From an uncultured Chloroflexia bacterium (GTDB taxonomy: Bacteria > Chloroflexota > Dehalococcoidia > DSTF01 > JALHUB01): a stretch of 64,000 nt of DNA. The notes under the pieces are model-generated. The model had not been told where the DNA came from and ran no database searches. It saw only the letters and a program-made list of their open reading frames with translations. Made by a program: the position numbers and the translations under genes. The stretch spans positions 2,144,001-2,208,000 of the forward strand of contig OY969814.1 in the NCBI GenBank assembly GCA_963703345.1, given 5' to 3'. Shown here in pieces: positions 1-10,120 of the stretch; positions within the stretch are counted from its first letter, which is position 1, and each line of letters opens with the position of its first letter.

Positions 1-1
1 C

Positions 2-1423
2 GACTTCGCGGCACTCGACGCAACGGCGCAGGCAGAGCTTGTGAGGCGCAAAGAGGTCAAGGCGATCGAGCTCGTCGAGGCGGCGATCGAGCGCATCGAG
101 CGGCTCAATCCAAAGCTGAACGCCGTCATCACGCCGATGTACGACCTTGCGCGGCAAGCAGCGGCGGGCCCCTTGCCGGAAGGCCCGTTTACCGGCGTCC
201 CCTTCCTCCTGAAGGACCTGGTCGCCTCCTTCGCCGGCGTTCGCATGGCCTGGGGCTCCGCCTTCCTCAAAGACAACGTGCCCGACCACGACAGCGAGCT
301 GGTGGCGCGTTACAAGCGGGCAGGCCTGGTCATTTTGGGCAAGACGAACCTACCCGAGTTCGGGATCCTGCCAACGACTGAGCCGCACTTCTTCGGCCTG
401 ACGCGCAACCCCTGGAACACGAACCACAGCCCGGGCGGTTCGAGCGGCGGGACGGCTGCCGCCGTGGCGTCGGGCATGGTGGCGATGGGCCACGCCGCCG
501 ATGGCGGCGGCTCCATCCGCATTCCCGCCTCCTGCTGTGGCCTCTTCGGTCTGAAGCCGACGCGCGCGCGCATTCCCCTCAGCCCCGATTTCGGCGACAT
601 CAGGGGCGGGTTGGACATCGACCACGCGCTCACGCGCTCCGTTCGCGACAGCGCCGCGCTGCTCGATGCGACTTGCGGCCCGGACGTCGGCGACCCGTAC
701 TGGGCGCCGCCGCCGGCGCGTCCCTACCTTAAGGAAGTCGGCGCCGATCCCGGGAAACTGCGCATCGCCTTCACAACACGGTCCATGACCGGCAGCGCCG
801 TCGACCCCGATTGTGCCGCCGCCGTCCAGGACGCGGCGAAGCTGTGCGCGGACCTCGGCCACTACGTCGAAGAGAAAGAGCCGGAGATTAACGGCGAGAT
901 GGTAACGGGTCCATTCATGGTCGTCTGGTCAGCCGGCGTGGCGCAAAACGTCGACGGGACGGCGCTCATCAAGGGTCGCGGCGCCGAGCCCGACGAGTTG
1001 GAGCCGTTGACGCGGGCGCTGGCGGACATGGGAAGGCAGCAGACAGCTCCCAACTATCTGATCTCGTGGACGATCCTGCAGAGGATATCGCGCGACTTCC
1101 AGCGGTTCTTTGTCGGTTACGACGTCGCGCTCACGCCGACGCTGGCGGAGCCGCCGCTGCCTCTCGGTATGCTTGAGTCGCCTCCCGACAACCCGCTGTT
1201 CGGGATCATCCGCGCCGCCTCATACGTTCCCTTCACGCCGATCTGCAACATAACCGGGCAACCGGCGATGTCGGTGCCGCTGTATTGGAACACACAGGGG
1301 TTGCCCATCGGCAGCCACTTCATCGGCCGCTTCGGCGACGAGGGGACGCTGTTCCGGCTGGCAGCGCAGCTCGAGCAGGCGCGGCCGTGGGCGAACTGCC
1401 ACCCGCCGCTGTGGGCGGGCTAG
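2..1423 (+). CDS. Amidase signature family protein (5' partial)
   Basis: [15 protein letters not shown] and [14 protein letters not shown] motifs. The frame is open from base 2 ([16 protein letters not shown]), so the start lies upstream of the window. Confidence 0.9.
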   Translation, partial: DFAALDATAQAELVRRKEVKAIELVEAAIERIERLNPKLNAVITPMYDLARQAAAGPLPEGPFTGVPFLLKDLVASFAGVRMAWGSAFLKDNVPDHDSELVARYKRAGLVILGKTNLPEFGILPTTEPHFFGLTRNPWNTNHSPGGSSGGTAAAVASGMVAMGHAADGGGSIRIPASCCGLFGLKPTRARIPLSPDFGDIRGGLDIDHALTRSVRDSAALLDATCGPDVGDPYWAPPPARPYLKEVGADPGKLRIAFTTRSMTGSAVDPDCAAAVQDAAKLCADLGHYVEEKEPEINGEMVTGPFMVVWSAGVAQNVDGTALIKGRGAEPDELEPLTRALADMGRQQTAPNYLISWTILQRISRDFQRFFVGYDVALTPTLAEPPLPLGMLESPPDNPLFGIIRAASYVPFTPICNITGQPAMSVPLYWNTQGLPIGSHFIGRFGDEGTLFRLAAQLEQARPWANCHPPLWAG

Positions 1424-1427
1424 TCGG

Positions 1428-2543
1428 TCAGTAGCGCACGCGACGCGCGGCGTGCCCGAGGACCGTTAGCAGCACTCCCGCAACAGCCAACGCTTCCGCC
1501 AGTGTGCCGAGGCCCCTTGTCGTCGCCCCATTGCCTTCGCCGCTGCGTGGAGCCGTTATTGCCTGCGTTCCCGAGCCGTCTGTCGCCGGCGACGCCGCGA
1601 TTCCCGACTCAATACCGGTCGGCGGCACCGACGGAACGAATCCACCCCCGCCCTCGCCTCCTTCCGGACAATCGCCCCAACTCTGCGCCACTTCACGGCC
1701 ATACAACCGCTCTTCGCCATCGACCGTAGCCCGCACAACGAGACCGAAGCTCACGACGCCGCATCCTCCGTAGCCCTGCAGGCCATGCGTCATCTTCAGC
1801 AGGAGCGACTCTCCGGGCGCAAGCGACTTCTTGCCGAACGAGGACAGGTCCCACTGCATCAGAGAGACGTCGGAGAACGCAGCAGCCGGCTTCGGATCGT
1901 CGGCGATCAGGATTCCGTCGGGGAGTCGATCGGTGAGTGTGAGAGCGGTGATGCCGGATTTGCTGCTATTCGTGATCCGTACGTCGAACTCCCCGCTCGT
2001 TCCGTCCGACGCAATCGAAAAGATGGGCTCCGCGATAAGTGGGCCGGCGGGCGGGGCCGCGGCCCCGGGTTCGGCGTCGAGCACTATCGTCTGCGATGTG
2101 ACCATCTCATCGTTCACGAAGACGCCCAGGTCGAATGAGAATTTTCCTTGAGGCATCTTGAACAGGACCGCTGTCTCCATCTCAGATGTCTCGCCGGGTC
2201 CGAGGCCAAAACCGGGATAGCTGGTAGTTGCAGAAGGTACCGGCAAGTAATTGTCGGCGCGGCGGCTCCACATGACGTAGTAGGAGGGAATCGTCCCTTC
2301 GTACCTTTCGACCATCGTATACGCCCCGAATACCCAGGCGCTGCTGTTGTTGGTGACCCGCTGTATGCAATCCACGACAACCCATTCGTCAGGTCGAAAG
2401 GTCGTCGGAGTGCACTTCTCGTCGAGGACGAGCGCGGACGGCGTCGATGGCGTTGGCGTGGGCGGCTGAGCGGCGGCAGGAGTCGCGAACGCGGCGCCTG
2501 CGAGCCAAACAGCGACGGTTGCGATGATGAGGAACAAGCGCAT
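1428..2543 (-). CDS. Secreted, probably wall-anchored protein
   Basis: Signal peptide ending AAA|Q; beta-rich body with a LTLTDRLPDG segment; C-terminal TAPRSGE, hydrophobic helix and RRVRY tail. Confidence 0.75.
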   Translation of the reverse strand: MRLFLIIATVAVWLAGAAFATPAAAQPPTPTPSTPSALVLDEKCTPTTFRPDEWVVVDCIQRVTNNSSAWVFGAYTMVERYEGTIPSYYVMWSRRADNYLPVPSATTSYPGFGLGPGETSEMETAVLFKMPQGKFSFDLGVFVNDEMVTSQTIVLDAEPGAAAPPAGPLIAEPIFSIASDGTSGEFDVRITNSSKSGITALTLTDRLPDGILIADDPKPAAAFSDVSLMQWDLSSFGKKSLAPGESLLLKMTHGLQGYGGCGVVSFGLVVRATVDGEERLYGREVAQSWGDCPEGGEGGGGFVPSVPPTGIESGIAASPATDGSGTQAITAPRSGEGNGATTRGLGTLAEALAVAGVLLTVLGHAARRVRY

Positions 2544-2684
2544 GGTCCCACCCCCTGCGGACGAATCGAACTTCTTGATCGGAACAACGCTTGACGGCAG
2601 GAAAGGTTAACGACGGAAGTATTCGTCGTCGATGAGCGACTGGAGGCGAACGAGGACAATCCCCGGACCGGCAGGCGCGAACGC

Positions 2685-4028
2685 TTACTCGAAGATCGTC
2701 TTGCGGGGCGTGGGGGTGGGGCTGGGTATGCTCGTCGGATGAGGCGTGGCCGTGGGCCTGCGCGTAGGTCCAGTGCTCGGCGTATCTGCCGTCGTAGGGA
2801 TTGGAGCCGCCGTCGGCGCGGTAGTTGGAGAGACACGCGGATGTTGTGTCGCCGGTGACACCGGGGTTATCGTCGGCGGCTCTGCCGTTGGCGACTCGGT
2901 TGCGATCCTGGTGACCGTCACCGACGCCGTCGGCCCGACGGTACGCGTCGCTGTCGGCGGGCGCTTCGTCGCGGTCGCAAAGGTCGACGAAACGGAGGGA
3001 GAGCTGGGGCCGGAAAACGAAATGGAGAACACGGCGATGACGGGCATCATCGCCAGCAGCACGACGGCGCAGAGGACGAGGAACAGGTCTCTCCCGCCGA
3101 ACGACTGCCCGGAGCCGCGGCCGGCCGTATCGACTCTTCGCGTCAGCGCGGAAAGGCTCTTACTCAGTCCGGCCTTCCTGACGGGGCGACGCCCCGGCTG
3201 CGCCCATTGTGTCTCCAGGTTCTTCCAAATGCGCTCCTTCAAACCGGCCGGAGGCGGAACGGCCGCAAACGCGCCGAACACGGCCAGCGGCGCGAGGACA
3301 GAGCGACGCGTCTGCTCGCAGACGGCGCAGCTTTCGACATGGCGCTCGACGGTGCGGCACATCTCCAGCGTGAGAGGCGGGATGGAGAACCGGCCAACGA
3401 TTCGCCGCAGCGTCGGGCAGCTTCCGGCGCCGCGTCGCATGAGCAGGTAGGCCCCAATCACCTCTTCGACGGAGCGCATCATGCGACTGAGCATGGTGTA
3501 GGCGTTGCCCTTGCTCACGCCCAGCACCTCCGCGATCTCGGCGCTCTCCAGCCCCTGACGGACGTGCAGGTCGAGCACGGCGTAAGTGCGACGGTCCAGG
3601 CTTGTGGCTGCTTGCCAGACGAGTCGTGCCGTCTCCTGCATCTCCAGCGCCTGCTCCGGATCGGCCAGACGATCCGCGTCCACCTGCTGCAGTAGCGCGT
3701 CCGACTCCTCGCCGTCCGCTCCCTGGGAAACGGATGGCGAGAGGAAATGCCTCTGACCCGCGATGCGGTTCAGGGCCTGGTTGTGGGCTATGGAGAAGAG
3801 CCAGCTCTTGAAGGCGGCGGGCTTGGCGAGCGCGGAGAGGTTCTGCATGGCACGTAGAAACGTCTCTTGCGTTACGTCGGCCGCGTCTTCGGCGCTGCGA
3901 AGGGTGCGATGGAGGAAGTCGTAGACGGGCGGGAAGTAGCGATCGTACAGCTCGCCGAAAGCCGCGCTCTCGCCGCTGAGGGCGCGAGTAACGAGCTCGC
4001 CGTCGCCTGAGACTGGAGTCGCCGTCAT
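2685..4028 (-). CDS. ECF sigma-70 factor fused to a zinc-binding anti-sigma (ZAS) motif, a TM helix and a Pro/Thr tail
   Basis: Region 2 (DAADVTQETFL, FKSWLFSIA), region 4 HTH (EIAEVLGVS), HVESCAVC, hydrophobic segment, P/T-rich C-terminus. Confidence 0.85.
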   Translation of the reverse strand: MTATPVSGDGELVTRALSGESAAFGELYDRYFPPVYDFLHRTLRSAEDAADVTQETFLRAMQNLSALAKPAAFKSWLFSIAHNQALNRIAGQRHFLSPSVSQGADGEESDALLQQVDADRLADPEQALEMQETARLVWQAATSLDRRTYAVLDLHVRQGLESAEIAEVLGVSKGNAYTMLSRMMRSVEEVIGAYLLMRRGAGSCPTLRRIVGRFSIPPLTLEMCRTVERHVESCAVCEQTRRSVLAPLAVFGAFAAVPPPAGLKERIWKNLETQWAQPGRRPVRKAGLSKSLSALTRRVDTAGRGSGQSFGGRDLFLVLCAVVLLAMMPVIAVFSISFSGPSSPSVSSTFATATKRPPTATRTVGPTASVTVTRIATESPTAEPPTITPVSPATQHPRVSPTTAPTAAPIPTTADTPSTGPTRRPTATPHPTSIPSPTPTPRKTIFE

Positions 4029-4191
4029 AGCGGTACCGAATGCGGACCCCTGTGTTCAGCAAGTCTAACATTATCAGCGGTCCTTCGCTAGTTAGACAGC
4101 CGGAGGCGTCAATTCTTACATGCCGGAAATGCGAGAAGGGAGGCGAGTCAAAGGAGCGGCGTCGAATGGAGAAACGACGCGAATAGCCTGG

Positions 4192-4235
4192 GCCCGCCGG
4201 TCAAAGAGCCTCAGCCCCTCGACCGGCGGGCTTTA
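4192..4235. terminator. Terminator-like hairpin downstream of the CAP gene
   Basis: GCCCGCCGGTC...GACCGGCGGGC 11-bp inverted repeat. Confidence 0.5.
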
Positions 4236-4274
4236 ATCGCCGAATCCCGCGGCATGCACATCCAACCCGCGCTG

Positions 4275-4802
4275 CTAGCAGCCCGGCGCCCGCCCCTCAA
4301 ACACCGCCACGTAGTAGATCCGCCCGTCGGCCGCCGTTGCCACGCCTGTTCCCATGCGCGTGAAGCAGCGATTGGTGATGACGTTGAAATGCAGGGGACT
4401 ATCGAGCCACATGCGTATGGTCTCGTTCACGGTGTCCGTGAACGAGAAGTCGTTCCAGGCGATCACCTCGCCGCTCCAGGCCGCGGTCACGTTGTTCTTG
4501 ACGAAGAGACAACGGAAATCGCAGCCGTCGGGCGGCGAGTGGCTGAAGTAGTTCTTGGTCGCCATGTCCTCCGCCCTGGCGCGGGCGACGGCGGACAGGC
4601 TCGCGTCGGCCGTGAGCGGCGGCAGGCCGTTGTCGGCTCGCATCCCGTTCAGCCCGAGGCCGAGGTTCGTCTCCATCACCTGCTGGGGCGTACAAGCAGC
4701 GGCGGTCACAAGCAGGGCAGCGCCGAGGGCAACGGCCGCCCCGAACCGCAAGAGACGGGGCCTTCCGGCGGCGGCGCGTGTTGCCAGACGAATGATAGAC
4801 AT
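4275..4802 (-). CDS. CAP/SCP domain lipoprotein
   Basis: AAAC lipobox-like segment; RAEDMATKNYFSH, GEVIAW and WLDSPLHFNVI CAP motifs; ATG at 4802 after GGTGGAG. Confidence 0.85.
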   Translation of the reverse strand: MSIIRLATRAAAGRPRLLRFGAAVALGAALLVTAAACTPQQVMETNLGLGLNGMRADNGLPPLTADASLSAVARARAEDMATKNYFSHSPPDGCDFRCLFVKNNVTAAWSGEVIAWNDFSFTDTVNETIRMWLDSPLHFNVITNRCFTRMGTGVATAADGRIYYVAVFEGRAPGC

Positions 4803-4982
4803 CGCTCCACCCTTCTCAACCAGTTCAACCCATACCACGACATAATCGACACAAGCGCCGCAATCCGAACGCGTCGGAGATTCGGCGCGACCCCGCGAGG
4901 AATTGACGGCAGGGGCAGGCCGCGACTAGCATTCGAACCGGACTTCAGCAGAGCCGCGGCGAGCGCGGAAGGAGGAGCGGAG

Positions 4983-5744
4983 ATGGAACTGGCGGGAAAG
5001 ACGGCAATCGTTACCGGTTCGGCGGTAGGCGTGGGACGGGAGACGGCGCTGGCGCTGGCGAGACGCGGCGCCAATGTCGTCGTCAACTACTCGCGTTCGG
5101 AGACGGAGGCGCGGCAGACGCTCGCCGACGTCGAGGCGCTGGGGGCGGGCGCGCTGCTGGTCCGGGCCGACGTTTCGCAGGACGGCGAGGTGCACGAAAA
5201 CGTGGCACAGACGGTCGAGCGTTTCGGCGGCCTCGACGTGCTGGTCAACAACGCCGGCATAACCTATTTCGTGGACTTCAAGGACCTGGAGGGCGTGACG
5301 GAGGCGATGTGGGATCGCATTCTGGCGGTGAACGTCAAGGGCGTCTTCTTCTGCTCCCGCGCCGTCGTGCCGCAGATGCAGCGGCGGGGCGCGGGCTGCA
5401 TCGTCAACATAGCGTCGGTAGCGGGGATTGCCGCAGCCGGCAGCTCGATCGCCTATTGCGCCTCGAAGGCGGCGGTCATCAACCTTACGATGGCATTCGC
5501 GAGGACGTGCGGGCCGGAGATCCGAGTGAACTGCGTCGCGCCGGGCTTCGTCGATACGCGCTGGCACGAAGCGCGGCCCGGCGATACGCAGCCGTACCGC
5601 AACGCCGTCGCAGCGATGACGCCTCTGAAGCGGGTCTGCAAGCCGGAGGACGTGGCGCAGGCGGTGCTCAGCCTCGTCGAGGGGGCGGACATGGTGACGG
5701 GTCAGACGCTGGTCGTGGACGGCGGCATGGTCATGCACCTGTGA
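4983..5744 (+). CDS. Short-chain dehydrogenase/reductase (FabG-like)
   Basis: TGSAVGVG, NNAG and YCASK motifs; SD AGGAGG upstream of ATG 4983. The longer ORF call from 4254 is a spurious extension. Confidence 0.92.
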   Translation: MELAGKTAIVTGSAVGVGRETALALARRGANVVVNYSRSETEARQTLADVEALGAGALLVRADVSQDGEVHENVAQTVERFGGLDVLVNNAGITYFVDFKDLEGVTEAMWDRILAVNVKGVFFCSRAVVPQMQRRGAGCIVNIASVAGIAAAGSSIAYCASKAAVINLTMAFARTCGPEIRVNCVAPGFVDTRWHEARPGDTQPYRNAVAAMTPLKRVCKPEDVAQAVLSLVEGADMVTGQTLVVDGGMVMHL

Positions 5745-5897
5745 CGGCGACGCCGGAACGCGTGCCCCGCCTGTGCGAGTGGTTGACAAGCGGTGGTATA
5801 CTGGCGTCGCTGGTGGTATTCCGTTAGTGGCTGCGCCCGTTCATTCCCCGTCGCCGACCCGACGGACCATCTCGCGCGCGACCTTCGGGAGGCATTC

Positions 5898-6053
5898 GTG
5901 ACGAAGGGCCTGCTTGTACCATTTGCCGCCGTGATCGCGTCGAGTCGCAGCCACTGGGACGCGAAGGACATTATCATCGTCGTCGCGGCGATTGGATTCG
6001 TTGTGCTGCTTGTCGCGGGGGCGTTCATGGTGAAGCGGCGGGGAGAAAGCTAG
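5898..6053 (+). CDS. Small membrane protein (51 aa)
   Basis: GGAGG SD before GTG 5898; hydrophobic helix IIIVVAAIGFVVLLVAGAF followed by KRRG; TGGTATACT extended -10-like element upstream. Confidence 0.55.
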   Translation: MTKGLLVPFAAVIASSRSHWDAKDIIIVVAAIGFVVLLVAGAFMVKRRGES

Positions 6054-6263
6054 CAGCGAGCATCAATTCGGGGTGTTCGCCTCGATGCCGCCCGACAGGG
6101 CAGTCACAGGGGGAGCGAGGCGAGTTTGGCTGGAGCGGTCCGGTTTCCGGCGGCCTCACGGACGCGGCAACCAACGGACTGCTCCAGCAAGTTGTCCCGC
6201 AAATTGTCGCCATTCCTTCTCCTCCTCCAGGGTCGATCCCTCACTAGCGATCGCAGAGAGAAC

Positions 6264-6434
6264 GGCCGCTCGCCAACCCGAGCGGCCCCGTGATGGCTCA
6301 ACAAACTCCCACTGATTCGCCCAAAGTCATTTAGGGATCGATGACGCCGCGTCGACCCGGCTGAGCGACGGTCGTTTCTGGGCACGGCGACGGTTAAGCT
6401 GCAAGCGGGAGGCCGCTCGGGTTGCCGAGCGGCC
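6264..6434. repeat. REP-like palindrome family A, copies 1 and 2
   Basis: GGCCGCTCG-CCAACC-CGAGCGGCC at 6264-6287 and GGCCGCTCGG-GTTG-CCGAGCGGCC at 6411-6434. Confidence 0.8.
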
Positions 6435-6584
6435 CGGAGATGGCACGCCAAACGCCCCAGCTCAGCAATCACCGGACATCACGCCTGTTGGTCTCCTGCC
6501 ATCAAGGGGGTAGCGCGCGTAGGCCCGAATTACTGTATATTTGGTGACTAGAAAGTGTCTTTTTCGCGTCCGGAGAAGGCAGTT

Positions 6585-7367
6585 ATGTCAACAGCAAACG
6601 GCGCCTTGCTCAGTGTCGATGCCGTCACCAAAAGCTTCGAGGGCCTGCGGGCCGTCGCCGAGTGCTCGCTCGACGTCAAGCGCGGCACCATTACCGGCCT
6701 CATCGGCCCGAACGGCGCCGGCAAGACCACGCTGTTCAACATAGTCACCGGCTTTCTCAAGCCCACGTCCGGTCGCATCGTCTTCAACAACGGCCGCATC
6801 GACGGCCTGCCGCCGCACAAGGTGTTCGCGAGAGGCATCGTCCGCACGTTCCAAATCCCGCGCGAGCTGAAGCAGATGACCGTGGTCGAGAACCTCATGC
6901 TGGTCCCGGCCGGCCAGGCGGGCGAAAGGCTGTGGAATCCCTGGTTGCTGCCCTTCCGCGTCCGTCGCCAGGAGCGAGAGATCCGCGACAAAGCGCTGGA
7001 GGTGCTGGAGTTCGTCAATCTGTGGCACCTGCGCAACGAATACGCCTCCAACCTGTCGTCGGGACAGAAGAAGTTGCTGGAGCTGGCGCGGACCCTCATG
7101 TGCGACCCGCAGCTCATTCTTCTCGACGAGCCCGGCGCCGGCGTCAACCCGACGCTGATGAAGAGCCTGGCGCTGCTCATCGAACGGCTGCGCGACGAGT
7201 CGGGAATAACGTTCTTCCTCATCGAGCATGACATGGACCTCGTAGCGCGACTCTGCAATCCGGTCATCGTGATGAGCAGCGGCGAGAAGATCGCCGAGGG
7301 GACGCCGGAAGAGGTGGTGCGCGACGAGCGGGTGCTGGAAGCGTACCTGGGAGGGCAGTACCGGTGA
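6585..7367 (+). CDS. livG: Branched-chain amino acid ABC transporter ATP-binding protein
   Basis: GPNGAGKTT, LSSGQKK, LLDEP, IEHDM and C-terminal VLEAYLG. Confidence 0.9.
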   Translation: MSTANGALLSVDAVTKSFEGLRAVAECSLDVKRGTITGLIGPNGAGKTTLFNIVTGFLKPTSGRIVFNNGRIDGLPPHKVFARGIVRTFQIPRELKQMTVVENLMLVPAGQAGERLWNPWLLPFRVRRQEREIRDKALEVLEFVNLWHLRNEYASNLSSGQKKLLELARTLMCDPQLILLDEPGAGVNPTLMKSLALLIERLRDESGITFFLIEHDMDLVARLCNPVIVMSSGEKIAEGTPEEVVRDERVLEAYLGGQYR

Positions 7368-8071
7368 GCGTCATCCTCGAGGCCGACGGCATCGTCAGCG
7401 GCTACGGCGAAGTGGACATTCTCCACGGCGTGTCGCTGCTGGTCGATGAGGGCGAGATCGTCTCCGTCATCGGGCCGAACGGCGCCGGCAAGTCAACGCT
7501 GCTGAAGGCGTGCTTCGGCCTTCTGAAGCTGCGCAAGGGCAAGCTGCTCCTGAACGGTGAAGATGCGACCGGCCTGCCGGCCCAGAAGATGGTGCGAAAG
7601 GGCGTCTCCTACGTGCCGCAGAGCGAAAACGTCTTTCCCTCCCTGACCATCGTCGAGAACCTCCAGATGGGCGCGTTCATCGCCAAAGACGGCTACAAAC
7701 GCCGGCTGGACGAGATCTACGGCTTGTTCCCGGCCCTCGCTGAAAGGCCGCACGTAAAGGCGGGCAAGCTCTCCGGCGGTCAGCGGCAGATGCTCGCCCT
7801 GGCCCGGGCCCTGATGCTCCAGCCGCGCCTTCTGCTGCTGGACGAGCCGACCGCAAGCCTCTCGCCGCGCATGGTCGGCGACATCCTGGAGAAGATCCGC
7901 GACATCAACCAGAAAGGCGTGGCGATCCTGATCGTCGAGCAGAACGCGCGGGAAGCGCTGGCTCTTTGCCATCGGGGTTACGTGCTGGTGATGGGCAAGA
8001 ACGCAATGGAGGATACCGGCCAGAACCTCCTCAACAGCGAAGAGGTCGGAAGGCTCTATCTCGGTGGGTAG
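7364..8071 (+). CDS. livF: Branched-chain amino acid ABC transporter ATP-binding protein
   Basis: GPNGAGKST, LSGGQRQMLA, VEQNA and YLGG end; GTGA overlap with livG. Confidence 0.9.
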   Translation: MSVILEADGIVSGYGEVDILHGVSLLVDEGEIVSVIGPNGAGKSTLLKACFGLLKLRKGKLLLNGEDATGLPAQKMVRKGVSYVPQSENVFPSLTIVENLQMGAFIAKDGYKRRLDEIYGLFPALAERPHVKAGKLSGGQRQMLALARALMLQPRLLLLDEPTASLSPRMVGDILEKIRDINQKGVAILIVEQNAREALALCHRGYVLVMGKNAMEDTGQNLLNSEEVGRLYLGG

Positions 8072-8080
8072 GAGCGGTAG

Positions 8081-8968
8081 ATGGCAGAGCTAGTCGTCAT
8101 TGGCCTTATCGTGGGAAGCATAATCGCGCTGGGGTCGATTGGCCTGACGCTGGTGTACGGCATCCTCAAGTTCGCCAACTTCGCTCACGGCGACCTCATG
8201 ACCCTGGGCGCGTACATCGCCTTCCTGGCCTTCAGAAGCGGCGGCCACCTTGGCCCCCTCTCCTTTGGCATCGGGATGATCTGGGCGATCCTGGCGGCGA
8301 TGGCGGCCGTCGCGGTGCTGTGTGTGGTCATCGACCGCCTCGTCTACCGGCCGCTGCGACGGAGAAACGCCAACCTCGTCATCCTGGCGATGGCTTCGCT
8401 GGGAATGGCGATCATCGTGCGAAGCGTGGTCTACCTTCGCTGGGGCCCCGACACGCACTTCTACGTGACGGGCATCCAGCGGGCGCACAACCTCCCTCTC
8501 GGAACCATGCTGAAGCCGGACCAGATGTTCATTGGCGTCGTTGCCGTCCTCTCCGTCGTGCTCGTATACCTGCTGCTTTATCGCACGAAGCTCGGCAGGG
8601 CGATGCGCGCGACCGCCGACAACATGGACCTGGCGCGCGTATCCGGCATCGACACCGAGCAGGTGGTGGTCTGGACATGGATGATCGGCGGATCGCTTGC
8701 CGCGCTCGCCGGCGTGCTGCTGGGCATTCAGTCGCACCTCATGCCGGAGATGGGGTTCGACTTCCTGTTGCCGCTGTTCTCCGCCGCCATTCTGGGAGGC
8801 GTGGGCAGCCCGCACGGAGCCCTTGTCGGCGCGTTCACCGTCGGCATCTCGCAGGAGCTTTCGACGGAGTGGATTTCGCCGGCCTACAAGCCGGTGATTG
8901 CCTTCGTGCTCCTCTTCGCCATCCTGCTCGTGCGCCCGCAGGGGATTTTCGGAGCGAAGAAGCAGTGA
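8081..8968 (+). CDS. livH: Branched-chain amino acid ABC transporter permease
   Basis: NFAHGD and LGRAMRATADN motifs; polytopic hydrophobic protein. Confidence 0.9.
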   Translation: MAELVVIGLIVGSIIALGSIGLTLVYGILKFANFAHGDLMTLGAYIAFLAFRSGGHLGPLSFGIGMIWAILAAMAAVAVLCVVIDRLVYRPLRRRNANLVILAMASLGMAIIVRSVVYLRWGPDTHFYVTGIQRAHNLPLGTMLKPDQMFIGVVAVLSVVLVYLLLYRTKLGRAMRATADNMDLARVSGIDTEQVVVWTWMIGGSLAALAGVLLGIQSHLMPEMGFDFLLPLFSAAILGGVGSPHGALVGAFTVGISQELSTEWISPAYKPVIAFVLLFAILLVRPQGIFGAKKQ

Positions 8969-10002
8969 TAACAAGTCTCTTCAGTGATCTAGTCAATCCA
9001 TCGTACATGGCCGGCTTCCTGACGCTGGTGGTGATCTACGGCGTGTTCGCTGTTGGCCTGAACGTGCACTGGGGCTACACCGGCATATTCAACTTCGGTG
9101 TGGCGGCCTTCTTTGCCGTCGGCGCCTACACAACAGCAGTCCTGACGAAGCAATCTGCCAGCGGCGCCTACCAGACCTACATCGGCGGCTATCATTTGCC
9201 GTTCGTCGTCGGTCTTCTGGGCGCGGGCTCTGTCTGTGCGATCCTGGCATTCATCGTCGGCATCCCCACATTGCGATTGCGCGAAGACTACCTCGCCATC
9301 GCCACCATCGGGGTCGCGGAATCGCTCCGTCACGTCTTCGTCAACGAAGGGTGGCTGGTCAACGGGACACGCGGCATGATCGGCATTCCGCAGCCGCTGC
9401 ACAATCTGGTCGACACGACCGACTACAGGTACGTCTACCTCACCATTGCGGCAATTGTCCTGCTCATCGTCTACGTTGCCGTGGAGCGGGGGATCCGCTC
9501 GCCGTGGGGCCGCGTCCTGCGGGCGATCCGCGAGGACGAGATGACGGCGGCGGCGAGCGGCAAGAACATCTTCGCTTTCAAGATGCAGGCGTTCATGCTG
9601 GGCGCCTTCATCATGGGCGTCGGCGGCGCCCTTTACGCGCACTACGTGCGGGCGATAACACCGGACACTTTCGTGCCGATGTTTGGGACGTTCCTTATCT
9701 GGGTGATGCTTATCGTCGGCGGCAGCGGCAACAACAAGGGCGCCATTCTGGGAGCCCTGGTCGTCTGGCTGATCTGGGACCGTACGGGCGCGCTCGTCAG
9801 CAACTCGCAGGACCCGCGCATCTTCTATGTGCGAAACCTGCTGATCGGCGTGCTGGTCGTCGGCGTGCTGCTTCTTCGGCCCAAGGGCATCCTCGGCGAA
9901 GAGAAGCGGGTTTCGGTGTACGCGGGCAAGGAGAAGGAGAGGCCGCGGAAGGCCGAAGAGGCGTCGGAGATAGCAGCGGAGGACGCGGGCGACGGCGGCT
10001 AG
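8965..10002 (+). CDS. livM: Branched-chain amino acid ABC transporter permease
   Basis: GYTGIFNFG, LRLREDYLAIATIG and SPWGRVLRAIREDE motifs; GTG 8965 overlaps the livH stop. Confidence 0.88.
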   Translation: MITSLFSDLVNPSYMAGFLTLVVIYGVFAVGLNVHWGYTGIFNFGVAAFFAVGAYTTAVLTKQSASGAYQTYIGGYHLPFVVGLLGAGSVCAILAFIVGIPTLRLREDYLAIATIGVAESLRHVFVNEGWLVNGTRGMIGIPQPLHNLVDTTDYRYVYLTIAAIVLLIVYVAVERGIRSPWGRVLRAIREDEMTAAASGKNIFAFKMQAFMLGAFIMGVGGALYAHYVRAITPDTFVPMFGTFLIWVMLIVGGSGNNKGAILGALVVWLIWDRTGALVSNSQDPRIFYVRNLLIGVLVVGVLLLRPKGILGEEKRVSVYAGKEKERPRKAEEASEIAAEDAGDGG

Positions 10003-10049
10003 CGAAGTCCCAGGCTCGTGCTGGTCCCGGAGCGACCAGATGGACAATT

Positions 10050-10120
10050 CTGCGGGATGAATCCCGCAGCTTCCTCGCGTGGAACGTCGATTGATGAAGG
10101 CTGAGGGTTTCAACCCTCAG
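10050..10120. repeat. Inverted pair of REP-like palindromes (family B)
   Basis: CTGCGGGATGAATCCCGCAG at 10050-10069 and CTGAGGGTTTCAACCCTCAG at 10101-10120. Confidence 0.75.

Noticed and set aside
4254-4982. N-terminal extension of the SDR ORF
   Set aside because: Overlaps the minus-strand CAP gene; the real start has an SD at 4983.
5783-5802. Canonical promoter TTGACA...TATACT
   Set aside because: The spacer is only 8 nt; only the extended -10 is plausible.
7966-8964. 678-aa LivM fusion
   Set aside because: The extension is an alternate frame over livH; livM starts at 8965.
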